From NCBI GenBank assembly GCA_963772165.1, contig CAVYWA010000014.1, positions 247,363-311,362 on the forward strand: DNA of 64,000 nucleotides. Reading direction: 5' to 3'. Both the position numbers and the translations under genes were made by a program. The notes under the pieces were generated by a model. That model worked only from the letters and a program-made list of their open reading frames with translations. It had not been told where the DNA came from and did not search any database. Source of the DNA: an uncultured Bacteroidota bacterium. Lineage in GTDB: Bacteria; Bacteroidota; Ignavibacteria; UBA10030; UBA8401. Every line of letters begins with the position of its first letter. The first letter of the stretch is position 1. This document shows positions 29,897 to 39,498 of the stretch, piece after piece.

Positions 29897-31192
29897 ATGA
29901 AAAACGCCTTAGCTTTGTTCATAAACATTTTTCTAATGTCCCTCTGTCTTAATGCTCAAGCACAATTTCAACGTCTTTCGATTTTGCCCCAAGCCAACAT
30001 AATAATAACTGGTAGTCAACCAGCCAAGGTTAAAGTACTCAGCATTGATTATTACAGAGACGCGCCCAAAAGCACGGATACTGTTTCTGGAGTGAAATAT
30101 AATCAAGTGTATTCTACTGGTGAAATAATTATTAAAATCAATGGAAAAGTCACAGCCAGGACGTTTCAGTCATTGGTTGAGCCCGATGATTCTCTGATCC
30201 TCATAGAGCCAGCGTTTGCAGGTGAAGCTTGCATAAAACTAAACAAATCTAATCCCGAAACTAAGACTATTAAAAACATTGAACTTGAAGTAAAGACACA
30301 TACTGAAATTGGAAACATACCTGATGATAGGTGTGTTCAACAAACATCAATAATATTTCATAATTGGGGTCAAAATATATCGCAAGAAGAGTATTGGAAT
30401 AGAGCAAAGTGTTTAGATATTCTCCAAAAGAGTGGGCAATTGTCTACAGATAATAATGGCATCCTGTCACACGCATCAATGAACATTATGAATCTAGTTT
30501 ACAATAGATATGATTCCATTCCGCGTAATAACAAGACTTTTAAAGTTTTAATTGATAGGGGCTTCATTCTTGTCGATGAAAAGGGAGAACTTACAAAAGA
30601 GAGCAGGGAACGATTAAAGCAGTTTTATTATTATAAGTATGCTCTTTCTGATGCAAAGCGATTGGATACATTATGGCGTGAATATTCGGCAATAGGAACT
30701 AACCATAGAGCTGACTCCTTGACAGTCTCAAATAATGCAGAAGCCGCTTATTATAACAATGACTCTGTCTTAACAACTCTAGATTCGCGGAATAAAGAAC
30801 TCAGAGATACTTTGATACGCGATGCTAGATATGTTTTAATGGTAGCCTGGAAGCCGGTTGATTTCAATAAATATGTGCAGTGCGGTTCGTATCAATCAAA
30901 TAAGGGACTATTTACCTCTCATCCTCTGTTCCTAACCTCGGACTATGATATGGAGCAAATAGGAAAGAAGATTCATTTCGACACGTTATCTGATTCAGAA
31001 CGCAAAACAAGACTTGAACAATTATTAGGGTTACCTCCTACTGCAGACAACGACCTTTTTTGTGAGTTTTGGGTTAGAGAAGGAGATGTATTTCGGCCTA
31101 CGATTGATTCGACTCTCAATTTTAGCTACGCGGCCTCTAGGGTAAGTGAAGCATACCTAGAAGAGTTCGCTACTTTTTCAGATAATTCGTAG
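29897..31192 (+). CDS. Hypothetical secreted protein
   Basis: The 431 aa ORF has a signal peptide reading MKNALALFINIFLMSLCLNAQA. It is AT-rich. Confidence 0.45.
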   Translation: MKNALALFINIFLMSLCLNAQAQFQRLSILPQANIIITGSQPAKVKVLSIDYYRDAPKSTDTVSGVKYNQVYSTGEIIIKINGKVTARTFQSLVEPDDSLILIEPAFAGEACIKLNKSNPETKTIKNIELEVKTHTEIGNIPDDRCVQQTSIIFHNWGQNISQEEYWNRAKCLDILQKSGQLSTDNNGILSHASMNIMNLVYNRYDSIPRNNKTFKVLIDRGFILVDEKGELTKESRERLKQFYYYKYALSDAKRLDTLWREYSAIGTNHRADSLTVSNNAEAAYYNNDSVLTTLDSRNKELRDTLIRDARYVLMVAWKPVDFNKYVQCGSYQSNKGLFTSHPLFLTSDYDMEQIGKKIHFDTLSDSERKTRLEQLLGLPPTADNDLFCEFWVREGDVFRPTIDSTLNFSYAASRVSEAYLEEFATFSDNS

Positions 31193-32162
31193 AAAACGAA
31201 GTGATTTTGAATCAATTTCCATTCACTGGATTGGGGTACACCTGGGATTACAATCCTAAAAACACTAGTCATATCGGAGTTACTGAATTCGTGTTAAACG
31301 AGAAAAGGAAAGTCTATGTCAGACAAACATTGAGTACTTAATGACTATTTAAATGCTCTTGCCAAAAGGCTGTCAAGCGATAGAAGATGACGAGAAAAAC
31401 GGTAGGGTATAAGATCGCCGAATGACACAATGTTTCCGTTGCTTACGGATGCAGCCTAACAAGAAGGGAAATCTATTCATATTATCTGTTTTCTTTGTCA
31501 GTCAATACTGCTGCCTTTCTAACGATATTAAAGCCACCGAGCCCCCCATCTTTTCTCTAAATTTTCCCTTGAATGAGTGGTGGATGTCTCCTAATTGGTG
31601 ATTGCAGCAGCCCTATTAAATCAGGACTCGCAGCGGTAAATGCGAATTATTACGCGACTTTGTTACAATTTGGTTACATGAGCGTTCATTTCATGCAAAA
31701 GCCGGTGTAATTACAGGGGCTTTATGTTGATCCGACGGTCTTAGAAGGCGAGTGCTCTATTCTGCTGAGTCAATTAAGCGAAATAGCTCTTCTGGAAATC
31801 TCGTTGGCATTTATGATCGGACCTTATTAGTAAACAGATTTCGTAGCTCAAAATCTAACCAGAATTCCCCCAGTGCAATGCAAAGAAACTTTACCGGCCA
31901 TTCATTCTAAGTTCTATTCCCGACTGAAGGACATTCTAATAACCTCATGCAATGTCTGTTTTCCTTCCAAAAAATACCTGATTTATGCTATTGCATGTTT
32001 CTGGCCAAAAGAATATGATTTGGACATTCAATTAACCTTTTGAATTTGTCGTTGACAGCATTAGGTCGAGAATAAAGTGCATAGGGCCTCAGTTTGTGCG
32101 GTTGCAACCATCCTTCCAATTTCCTACATTTGTGCATTATTTCAGGCGGAAAAAGCGGTCTT

Positions 32163-34953
32163 ATGAACACCCACTCCCCGGGGCAATCCAAAACGAATAA
32201 TTCATATCGAGTTACCGAAGCTCAAACGCGGTTTAGCCTTATTGATCCCGAGCTTCAAAAAGCTGGATGGAATCTCTCTGATCGAACGCAAGTTAAATTC
32301 GAGATTCCGGTTGACGGGTATGACGGCTCGGGCGGTGGCGGATTCACCGATTACACTTTGTATAGAACAAATGGCGAAATCCTCGCGGTGGTAGAAGCAA
32401 AGCGAACAAGCCGTGACCCGCGAGAAGGGGAGAAACAGGTTCTTGAATACGTTACTGCGATAGAGAAGAAGCAGAGCTTCCGTCCATTCGCATTCATGGC
32501 GAATGGTGAGGATGTATTCTTCTGGGAGAGTGATACCACAGCCCAACGCCACGTTGCGGGATTCTTCTCGCGTGAGAATCTTGAGCGCCTTCTTTTCTTA
32601 AAGCAAAATAAAAAGCCGCTCAACTCAGTCCTTCCGAATAAAACGATCATCGACCGGAGCTACCAGGTCGAAGCGATTCGTAGAATCTCCGAAGCAGTTG
32701 AAAAGAAAAAACGAAAAGCTCTCCTCGTGATGGCGACGGGGACCGGCAAGACCCGCACGATCATGGCGTTGATCGATGTCTTCCTGCGGGCTCACGCCGC
32801 GCAGAAGGTTCTCTTTCTTGCCGACAGGGACGCTCTTGTCGACCAGGCGCTCAGCGACGGCATCAAGGCCCATCTCCCTCACGAATCGCGGACGAGGATA
32901 CGAACCTATTCGATCGACACAACCGCACGACTCTACGTCTCCACGCTTCAAACCCTCGAGATGTGTTACGATAAATTCACTCCAGCAGATTTCGATCTCG
33001 TCATAACTGACGAATGCCACCGTTCGATTTACAATAAATTCACCGACGTGCTGGCTTATTTCGATGCTGTGCACATCGGACTGACCGCGACGCCTGCGGA
33101 ATTCATCGACCGAGATACGTTCAAGTTTTTTGATTGCGAGGGGAGAGTGCCGACATTTCTCTATCCGTTTGATAAGGCAGTGGAGGAGAAGTATCTGGTA
33201 GACAAAAATGTTTATGCTGCACAGACAAAGTTTCAAAGGGAAGGAATAAAAGGGGCGAATCTCAGCGAAGTAGATAAAGAGACCCTTCGCAGCCGCGGGA
33301 TCGATCCCGATGATCTCGACTACGAAGGGACCGATCTTGAACGCAAGGTGACAAACAAGGACACATTGCGGAGTCAGTGGGAAGAGTTTATGGATGTCTG
33401 CTACAAAGACTCCACAGGCCAGCTTCCAGGGAAATCGATTATTTTTGCCATCACACACAATCATGCGATGCGTTTGTCTGAAACTTTCGACGAGATGTAT
33501 CCCGAGTATGAAGGGAAGCTCGTTCAGGTAATTGACTCAAAGATGGAACGTGCCAAGACGCTTCTTGACGATTTCAAGAAGCAGAATTTTCCTCGCATTG
33601 CAATTTCTGTAGACATGCTCGATACAGGCGTGGACGTTCCCGAAGTGGTCAACCTTGCCTTCATGAAGCCGGTCAATTCGCAGATCAAATTCTGGCAGAT
33701 GATTGGACGTGGCACGAGGAACCAGGAGGCCTGCAGGCACTATGAGTGGCTGCCGAACAGAAATAAAGAAGAATTCCTAATCGTTGATTATTGGGAGAAC
33801 TTCGAGCACTTCAATATGATGCCGGCTCAGGAGGAGGGAGTTTCGCAAATCCCGGTTCTGGTGACAATTTTCAACACGCGATTAGATAAGCTTCGCATCT
33901 TTCAGGGAAATCAGACATTCCCCGATGCGCTGCGGGTCATTCGCGACCTGAGAAGTGACATCGCGCGGATCCCGCTACAATCCTTTTCGGTGAAGAAAGT
34001 ATTCAACGAAGTGCGTGAAGCGTGGGAAGACGAGTTCTGGAAGTACTCTCACCGAGCAAAAGATAGAATTTCTGCGGATGAAAGTTGGACCGCTTCTGCG
34101 GTATGTTCCCAACGTGCGTCCGGTTGAGGCATCTTTATAAGTAAGATGGAGCGCTGTGGACTTGCACACCTCCAGCACAAAGATCTCGCTTCTTATATAA
34201 CCTCAATTCGCGAAGATGTAGGGTTACTTCCGACGACATTGGGCGAAGTGCAATCGAGGCAGAAATACGTCGATCAGCTTATGTCGAACGATTTCTGGGT
34301 GAACCACACGCTTGCAACAATTGACGAAGCGAAAGAGGCGCTCTCCCCAGTAATGAAGTTCAAACGCGAGCGACCGTCGTTCGTTTTCGAACTGGGGCTT
34401 GACGATGTGATTGCAATGCGCAAGTGGGTCGTGGTAAGAAAAGATTCTCAAAAGATGTATATCGAAGAGTACCGAAAACTAGTAGAAGCGAAGATCGAGA
34501 AGATCGCTGCCGAGCATCCGACAGTAAAGAAGATTAAGAATAAGGTTGAGATTGACAATGAGGATATGATACGATTGGAGGAGACGCTCGAAGCGGAGCT
34601 TGGAACGGACGAGATTAGCCTCGACGATGAGAATATGCTGAAGGCGTTTGGTGTGCGCGTTGGAAGCTTGGTGGACTTCCTTAAACATGTGCTCGGACTT
34701 GAAGCGCTCCCCTCGTACGAAACTGTTGTGAGGAAGGCATTCGATGCCTTCATCCTTGAGCACAACTACAATTCAGATCAGTCAAGGTTCCTGCGTGTAA
34801 TGCAGAGTGTGTTTTTGCAGCGGAGAAAAGCTGCAGCTTGCGGATCTGTATGAAGAGCCGTTTACGAACTTCGGTGCGAATGCGGTAGAGAAACTGTTTG
34901 CGGGAAATGAAATTACTGAACTAATTGAGTTGGCAAAGAGATTGGCGCCGTAA
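32163..34953 (+). pseudogene. hsdR: Type I restriction enzyme R subunit (HsdR), disrupted by an in-frame TGA at 34125-34127 and a frameshift near 34801-34853
   Basis: The N-terminal region has the HsdR_N motif (TEAQTRFSLIDPELQKAGW). The helicase region reads MATGTGKT..VITDECHRS. After the in-frame stop the same frame continues into the EcoEI_R_C-like domain (34146-34853). The final ~30 codons (..EEPFTNFGANAVEKLFAGNEITELIELAKRLAP) lie in a third frame. Confidence 0.7.
34862..34884 (+). repeat. Left copy of the 23-bp imperfect direct repeat (tttacgaacttcggtgcgaatg) at the hsdR 3' end
   Basis: It matches 38082-38104 (tttacgaactttggtgcgaatg) at 22 of 23 positions. Both copies encode ..PFTNFGAN.. 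Confidence 0.7.
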
Positions 34954-34999
34954 AATCCTGCATGACACAATTTGAATTAACATTAAGGAGGAAACTAAT

Positions 35000-35371
35000 A
35001 TGGGAAGTTCTGGAACAGGTAAGCTAAGTGATTATTCGGAAAAGACTGAAAAGAAAGGGGGCGGGAAGGCTTCTGGTGCCAGCGGCAAAGATCCTTGTGA
35101 TAACGCATTTGCAACTACACTGGAAGATGTTGATCGATGTGAGTACTTTAAAAATCACAAGTCGGTTCCGCCTATTGGCACAGAAGTCATCGTCTCTCTT
35201 AAAGGCCGCCTTTTGGTTGATACATTGGCCGGCGAGACTATTGGCTACTTACCCACGGAGTATAACTATTTGGCTGGATGTATGAAGAAAAAACGTTCAT
35301 ATGGAGGTCAGGTCTCTTCAGCTACCACGAAACCTGTAATTAGAGTTAGGGTTGACATCGGACCACAATGA
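35000..35371 (+). CDS. Small hypothetical protein with Gly/Lys-rich N-terminus (first gene of the 4-gene cassette)
   Basis: The 123 aa ORF has a strong AAGGAGG RBS 7 nt upstream. Its N-terminus reads MGSSGTGKLSDYSEKTEKKGGGKASGASGK.., and it has a ~80-aa C-terminal domain. Confidence 0.45.
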   Translation: MGSSGTGKLSDYSEKTEKKGGGKASGASGKDPCDNAFATTLEDVDRCEYFKNHKSVPPIGTEVIVSLKGRLLVDTLAGETIGYLPTEYNYLAGCMKKKRSYGGQVSSATTKPVIRVRVDIGPQ

Positions 35372-35372
35372 C

Positions 35373-36740
35373 ATGACGGAAAAGTCTTCGGCAATCTTGC
35401 TCATCGGAGAGACCTGCCTTGATGTGACCCTTTTTCCTGCAGGCACATTGGAAAGGAAGCTTAGGCTCGGCGGAGTGGTACATGCTGCTCGATGTCTTTG
35501 GGGACTTGGGGCTTCATATCAACTGGCATACTTGGCACCAAGTTACTTGTTTCGCCAAATCGAAGACTACGCCCTAGCCCACGGCTGTTCCAACGTCTCA
35601 CAGATCGCGACAATTGAGGGTGCACCCTGCGTTATGCTTATTGAAGAAGCCACTGAAGCGGGTAGTCAGGGATATGACTATCTACTACGAGACGAATTGA
35701 AGTGTGATATCGATACACCAAGATTGGAAAGCATAGTCACAAAAACGGAAATATCTGACATCTTGGTGTTTCCGGGCAACTATGATCTCGCCAAGGTGCT
35801 CGTTGCATGTTCTAAATCAAAGGCTCGGATACATATTGATATCGCAAACGGTGTCAGTAATCTCAGTGTCCTGAAAAAGTTTGTGAGAAAATTTGACACG
35901 GTCATTACTTCCACATCATCAGAAATCTTCTTGGACAAATTTAAGGGGAGTCCCGAGCGCCTTTGCCAAGAAGTTCTTGATATCTATGGTGAGTCTTTCT
36001 TATTGAAAGAGAATCGTGGAGGCTCAAGATTTTACTCGAGCAGAGCACAGAAGAAGCCCATCGAAATCGGGGCTCAGTTGAGACCCATTGTCCACTCTGT
36101 TGGAGTGGGAGATGCGTTCGACGCAGCATTTGTTAATCTTAGGCAGACGCGCGATGACGAATCTGCCCTTACTTGTGCTTCATGGATTGCTGCAGAATAC
36201 GCGGCAACTACGTTCATGGACGACTTTACAGATGGCTGTAGTCGTGTTTTGGCATTGGAACGAGACGAGATCTTATCTCTTCCAGGTGTTTCTCTTCCAT
36301 GGGAAGTCCGTAGCCAATTCAATATTTATATTGCTGCTCCTGATTTTGACTATCTGGATAGAACACACATCGATCGATTAGTCAGTTGTCTCAAGTATCA
36401 CAATTTCAATCCGAGGCTTCCTGTTCGAGAACATGGACAAAGCAGGCCAAACACAGCGAGTCATGAGAAATACGAAATGTGTGGCGCTGATTTGTCATTG
36501 CTCGATGAATGCGATATGTTAGTTGCGCTAAACTTGGGGAATGATCCAGGTACATTGATTGAAATTGGCTTAGCCAAAGGGGCTGGTAAGCCAGTAGTGG
36601 TTTATGATCCATTTGAGAAAGCTAAGAATCTAATGTTAACTCATCTGCCAGACTTCGTGTCATCGAGTCTTGACGGAATAGTGACTAAAGTGTTTGAGAT
36701 AATATCAACGATCAGGCATGCCGCATCACAGAAAAAATAG
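35373..36740 (+). CDS. PfkB-family kinase fused to a nucleoside 2-deoxyribosyltransferase-like (NDT/Rossmann) C-terminal domain
   Basis: The N-terminal half reads ..LLIGETCLD..GGVVHAARCLWGLG.. and ..VGVGDAFDAAFV.. (the PfkB GAGD-type signature). The C-terminal half reads ..NIYIAAPDF..CDMLVALNLGNDPGTLIEIGLAKGAGKPVVVYDP.., an NDT-like DxGTxxExG..GKP pattern. The ATG at 35373 lies 2 nt after the upstream stop. Confidence 0.55.
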   Translation: MTEKSSAILLIGETCLDVTLFPAGTLERKLRLGGVVHAARCLWGLGASYQLAYLAPSYLFRQIEDYALAHGCSNVSQIATIEGAPCVMLIEEATEAGSQGYDYLLRDELKCDIDTPRLESIVTKTEISDILVFPGNYDLAKVLVACSKSKARIHIDIANGVSNLSVLKKFVRKFDTVITSTSSEIFLDKFKGSPERLCQEVLDIYGESFLLKENRGGSRFYSSRAQKKPIEIGAQLRPIVHSVGVGDAFDAAFVNLRQTRDDESALTCASWIAAEYAATTFMDDFTDGCSRVLALERDEILSLPGVSLPWEVRSQFNIYIAAPDFDYLDRTHIDRLVSCLKYHNFNPRLPVREHGQSRPNTASHEKYEMCGADLSLLDECDMLVALNLGNDPGTLIEIGLAKGAGKPVVVYDPFEKAKNLMLTHLPDFVSSSLDGIVTKVFEIISTIRHAASQKK

Positions 36741-37347
36741 ATCCGTTCTTTTAGCCTCCGGGGGCCTTGACTCGACTACATTGGCATATTGGTTATGTCG
36801 AAAAAAAATTGAATTCCTCCCTGTGTTTGTAAACTATGGACAACATTGTGCAAAGACGGAGTACGAAACACTCAGAGAAGTGCTTCCGAAACATTACTCA
36901 AGACACATCCATGTCGTTGATATCTCTGATGTCTACAAGCGCTCGAAATCGCTTTTGATTCGTGAGCCAAACCTGTGGAAAGATCGAGTGAGCTACCGCG
37001 AATTGTATCTTCCTTATCGCAACTTGCTCATTCTGTCCACGGGCGCGGCATTTGCACAGTCCGTAGGTTGCAAGTGTCTCTATGCGGCATTTATCAACAG
37101 CAACCATGCGATTGAAATTGATTGTTCTGTCGAGTTCTTTGGCAGATTGGATTCCATGCTATCGAGCTATGGGTCTGTCAAACTGTTCATGCCATTTCGC
37201 ACAAAATCGAAATATCAGGTAGCAAAGATGGGTATCTCGCTTCGTGCGCCTATTGGGAAAACGTTCTCATGTCAAGTTTCATCGGTCACTCCGTGCGGCG
37301 CCTGTCCAAATTGTGTTGATCGGTTACAGGCACTTCGTCAACTTTGA
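36718..37347 (+). CDS. QueC-like PP-loop ATPase (7-cyano-7-deazaguanine synthase family)
   Basis: The sequence has VLLASGGLDSTT (the SGGxDS PP-loop). A C-terminal Cys cluster reads C-x8-C-x2-C-x2-C (FSCQVSSVTPCGACPNC), matching the QueC Zn site. It overlaps the upstream gene by 23 nt. Confidence 0.7.
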   Translation: MPHHRKNRSVLLASGGLDSTTLAYWLCRKKIEFLPVFVNYGQHCAKTEYETLREVLPKHYSRHIHVVDISDVYKRSKSLLIREPNLWKDRVSYRELYLPYRNLLILSTGAAFAQSVGCKCLYAAFINSNHAIEIDCSVEFFGRLDSMLSSYGSVKLFMPFRTKSKYQVAKMGISLRAPIGKTFSCQVSSVTPCGACPNCVDRLQALRQL

Positions 37348-37376
37348 TATCATGTAGCATCATTTTGAGAATAGTC

Positions 37377-38069
37377 ATGAACCTAATCGTTTTCGCGCGT
37401 AAACTTGCTGATTACCTTAACAAGCTTCCAGATTTTGTAATTTCTAAGCACAACGGTTACGACAAAGAGAGTATGGGTGCGATAATAGCAGATGCGGTAT
37501 TGCAGGCAGGCCTTAATTACCGGACCGTTGTTGCTCCGAGAGTCAAGAGAATTCTCAACGATTATCCAGATGCTGCGACAACTTCAGGTTTCCTAGTAAC
37601 AATCGACAGGTTCGGATGCGATGTAATCCTTCGATGGAATCACCCGGAAAAGCCGAGAAGAGTTCAATCTCTGGCTTTATTGCTTGAAAACGAACAAGTT
37701 GAGACCAAGGATCAATTGCGCGATTGGCTTAAAAATGACGTTAACAGTGAAAAGTTGAGAGCTATCCCGGGAATTGGACCGAAGACCATCGATTATCTGA
37801 AGAACTTATCCGGACTTTCAGCAATTGCCATAGACCGACACATACGTAGGTTAGCCTTCGAAGCAGGTATAATCATTACTGATTACCGTACGTTGCGAAA
37901 GGTGGTCGAGTTTACTGCGGATCTTCTTGATGTTCCGCAAAATGATCCTGACCATTCAATATGGCTCTACATGTCCAAGCCTTCACGATCATATTGTAAG
38001 AAGACCTCAGAATTTTCAGAGCAACCAGCATTCTCTCGCGAAAGAAATGGCAAAGCTTGTTTAATTTGA
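37377..38069 (+). CDS. HhH-GPD superfamily DNA-glycosylase-like protein (OGG/EndoIII-like); an alternative TTG start at 37344 overlaps the queC-like stop
   Basis: The sequence reads ..LRAIPGIGPKTIDYLKNLSGLSAIAIDRHIRRLAFEAG.., a helix-hairpin-helix followed by a Gly/Pro-rich loop and a conserved Asp. Confidence 0.55.
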   Translation: MNLIVFARKLADYLNKLPDFVISKHNGYDKESMGAIIADAVLQAGLNYRTVVAPRVKRILNDYPDAATTSGFLVTIDRFGCDVILRWNHPEKPRRVQSLALLLENEQVETKDQLRDWLKNDVNSEKLRAIPGIGPKTIDYLKNLSGLSAIAIDRHIRRLAFEAGIIITDYRTLRKVVEFTADLLDVPQNDPDHSIWLYMSKPSRSYCKKTSEFSEQPAFSRERNGKACLI

Positions 38070-38081
38070 AGCGAGGACCAT

Positions 38082-38104
38082 TTACGAACTTTGGTGCGAA
38101 TGTT
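38082..38104 (+). repeat. Right copy of the 23-bp imperfect direct repeat flanking the cassette
   Basis: See 34862-34884. It lies 13 bp after the glycosylase-like stop. Confidence 0.7.
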
Positions 38105-38253
38105 GCCGATGAGCTGTGTGGTGAACATGAGATATAAGATTTTATTGCGTTGGAGAAGTTGTTAACTTTGCCGGCGTTTTTTTGTATATTCAGGATGGAT
38201 TCTATCTAGACAACGTGATGAGTCTTCCCTATTAATAGTTTACGCATTTATCC

Positions 38254-39400
38254 ATGGAACCATTGGTATTCATACATCTGTCAGACATCCACTTTTCCAA
38301 GCCGGGGAAACTGTTTGATTTGGACAGTGAACTCAGAAATCAATTGGAATTGGATGTACAACGGATGACGAAAAACTTTGAGGGAGGAGCCAACGGCATC
38401 TTAGTTTGCGGTGATATCGCTTTCTCTGGAGGTACCGAAAAGTACCAGGAAGCAAGTCGTTGGATTAAGAAGCTACTCGGAATGGCAAAGGTTGAGAACG
38501 GCGGCGTTTGGGTGGTGCCTGGGAATCACGATATAAACTGGACGACTATTCGGAGCAGCAAATCCCTGAGAGAGGCACACACAACACTCCGTGGCACACC
38601 GCTTAGCTCAATCGACCAATGTTTCAAAGAATATCTTGATGACAATATTCTCAGACTCTTTGAACCATTGAAGGAATTCAACTTATTTGCATCTTCTTTT
38701 GATTGCGACTCAACCCCTGATCGCCTATTTTGGCAAGATGATCTTGAACTTAATGATGGCTCAATACTGAAAATAAGAGGGATGAATTCGAGTATAATTT
38801 CGAACGAGTATGATAATGATGAGGGAAAGAGTCTGATACTGACTTCATTTCAGTCAGGCTTTATTGAGGAGCCAAACATTACTTACGTTTCCATGTGTCA
38901 CCACCCACCACAAAGGATTCGTGAAGAAGATGACCTCGAAGATTGCTTGAATTCGAGAGTTGCGATCCAGCTATTTGGACACAAACATCGGCAACGATTG
39001 CGTCGGAACGGTGAAGGTCTCAGAATTTCCGCAGGAGCCAGTACACCCTGCTCGGGATGAGAGTCCATGGGAGCCATGTTATAATTGGATCTCAATTTGT
39101 GTCGATATTACCGAAAGCAATCGGAATCTCGTGGTCGATGTTTGGCCGCGCGTATGGAGACCTGCAAGTAGGACTTTCGAGCCTGAATTTCACGATAGCA
39201 AAGAATTCAGACGATTCACCCTGCCTCTAAAACCGTGGAAAGGCAGTAAGGTAAAGAAAATTCAAGCTCAGGTTGGAGACCAGACCAAAGGCCCCCTGGC
39301 TGTTATTAAGGCGAAGTACCATGGATCCCAAAAGACAATTGGTTTATCGCTTTTTAAGTCTCCCATATACCCAGATTATAGAAATCGCAGTGGGCCTTAG
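38254..39400 (+). pseudogene. Calcineurin-like metallophosphoesterase gene with a probable frameshift near 38990-39060
   Basis: The N-terminal part reads IHLSDIHF..GDIAFSG..GNHD..GHKH in frame 1 (38254-39060). Coding-like sequence continues in frame 2 (38960-39400). Confidence 0.45.
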
Positions 39401-39498
39401 GTTGCTAACGGACCAAGACAAAGGTGTCGAGGATTTGGAACTTTTCAAGCGATTCATTGCGAGAGTGAAAAGAGAGGAAGAGAAACGATGGCTCAGCT

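Noticed and set aside
31193-32162. The two integrases could mark two tandemly inserted elements, with a junction in the 31-32 kb spacer.
   Set aside because: By eye, no third copy of the att core (gtcgtagctcag...cctgtcac) was found in this spacer or elsewhere in the island. This cannot be excluded without a computed repeat search.
34125-34127. The in-frame TGA in hsdR could be a selenocysteine or recoded codon, or the HsdR C-terminal domain could be a genuinely separate gene.
   Set aside because: No SECIS-like hairpin context is present and the protein family does not fit. The same frame and contiguous homology across the stop, plus a second lesion at the 3' end, favour a nonsense mutation in a decaying gene.
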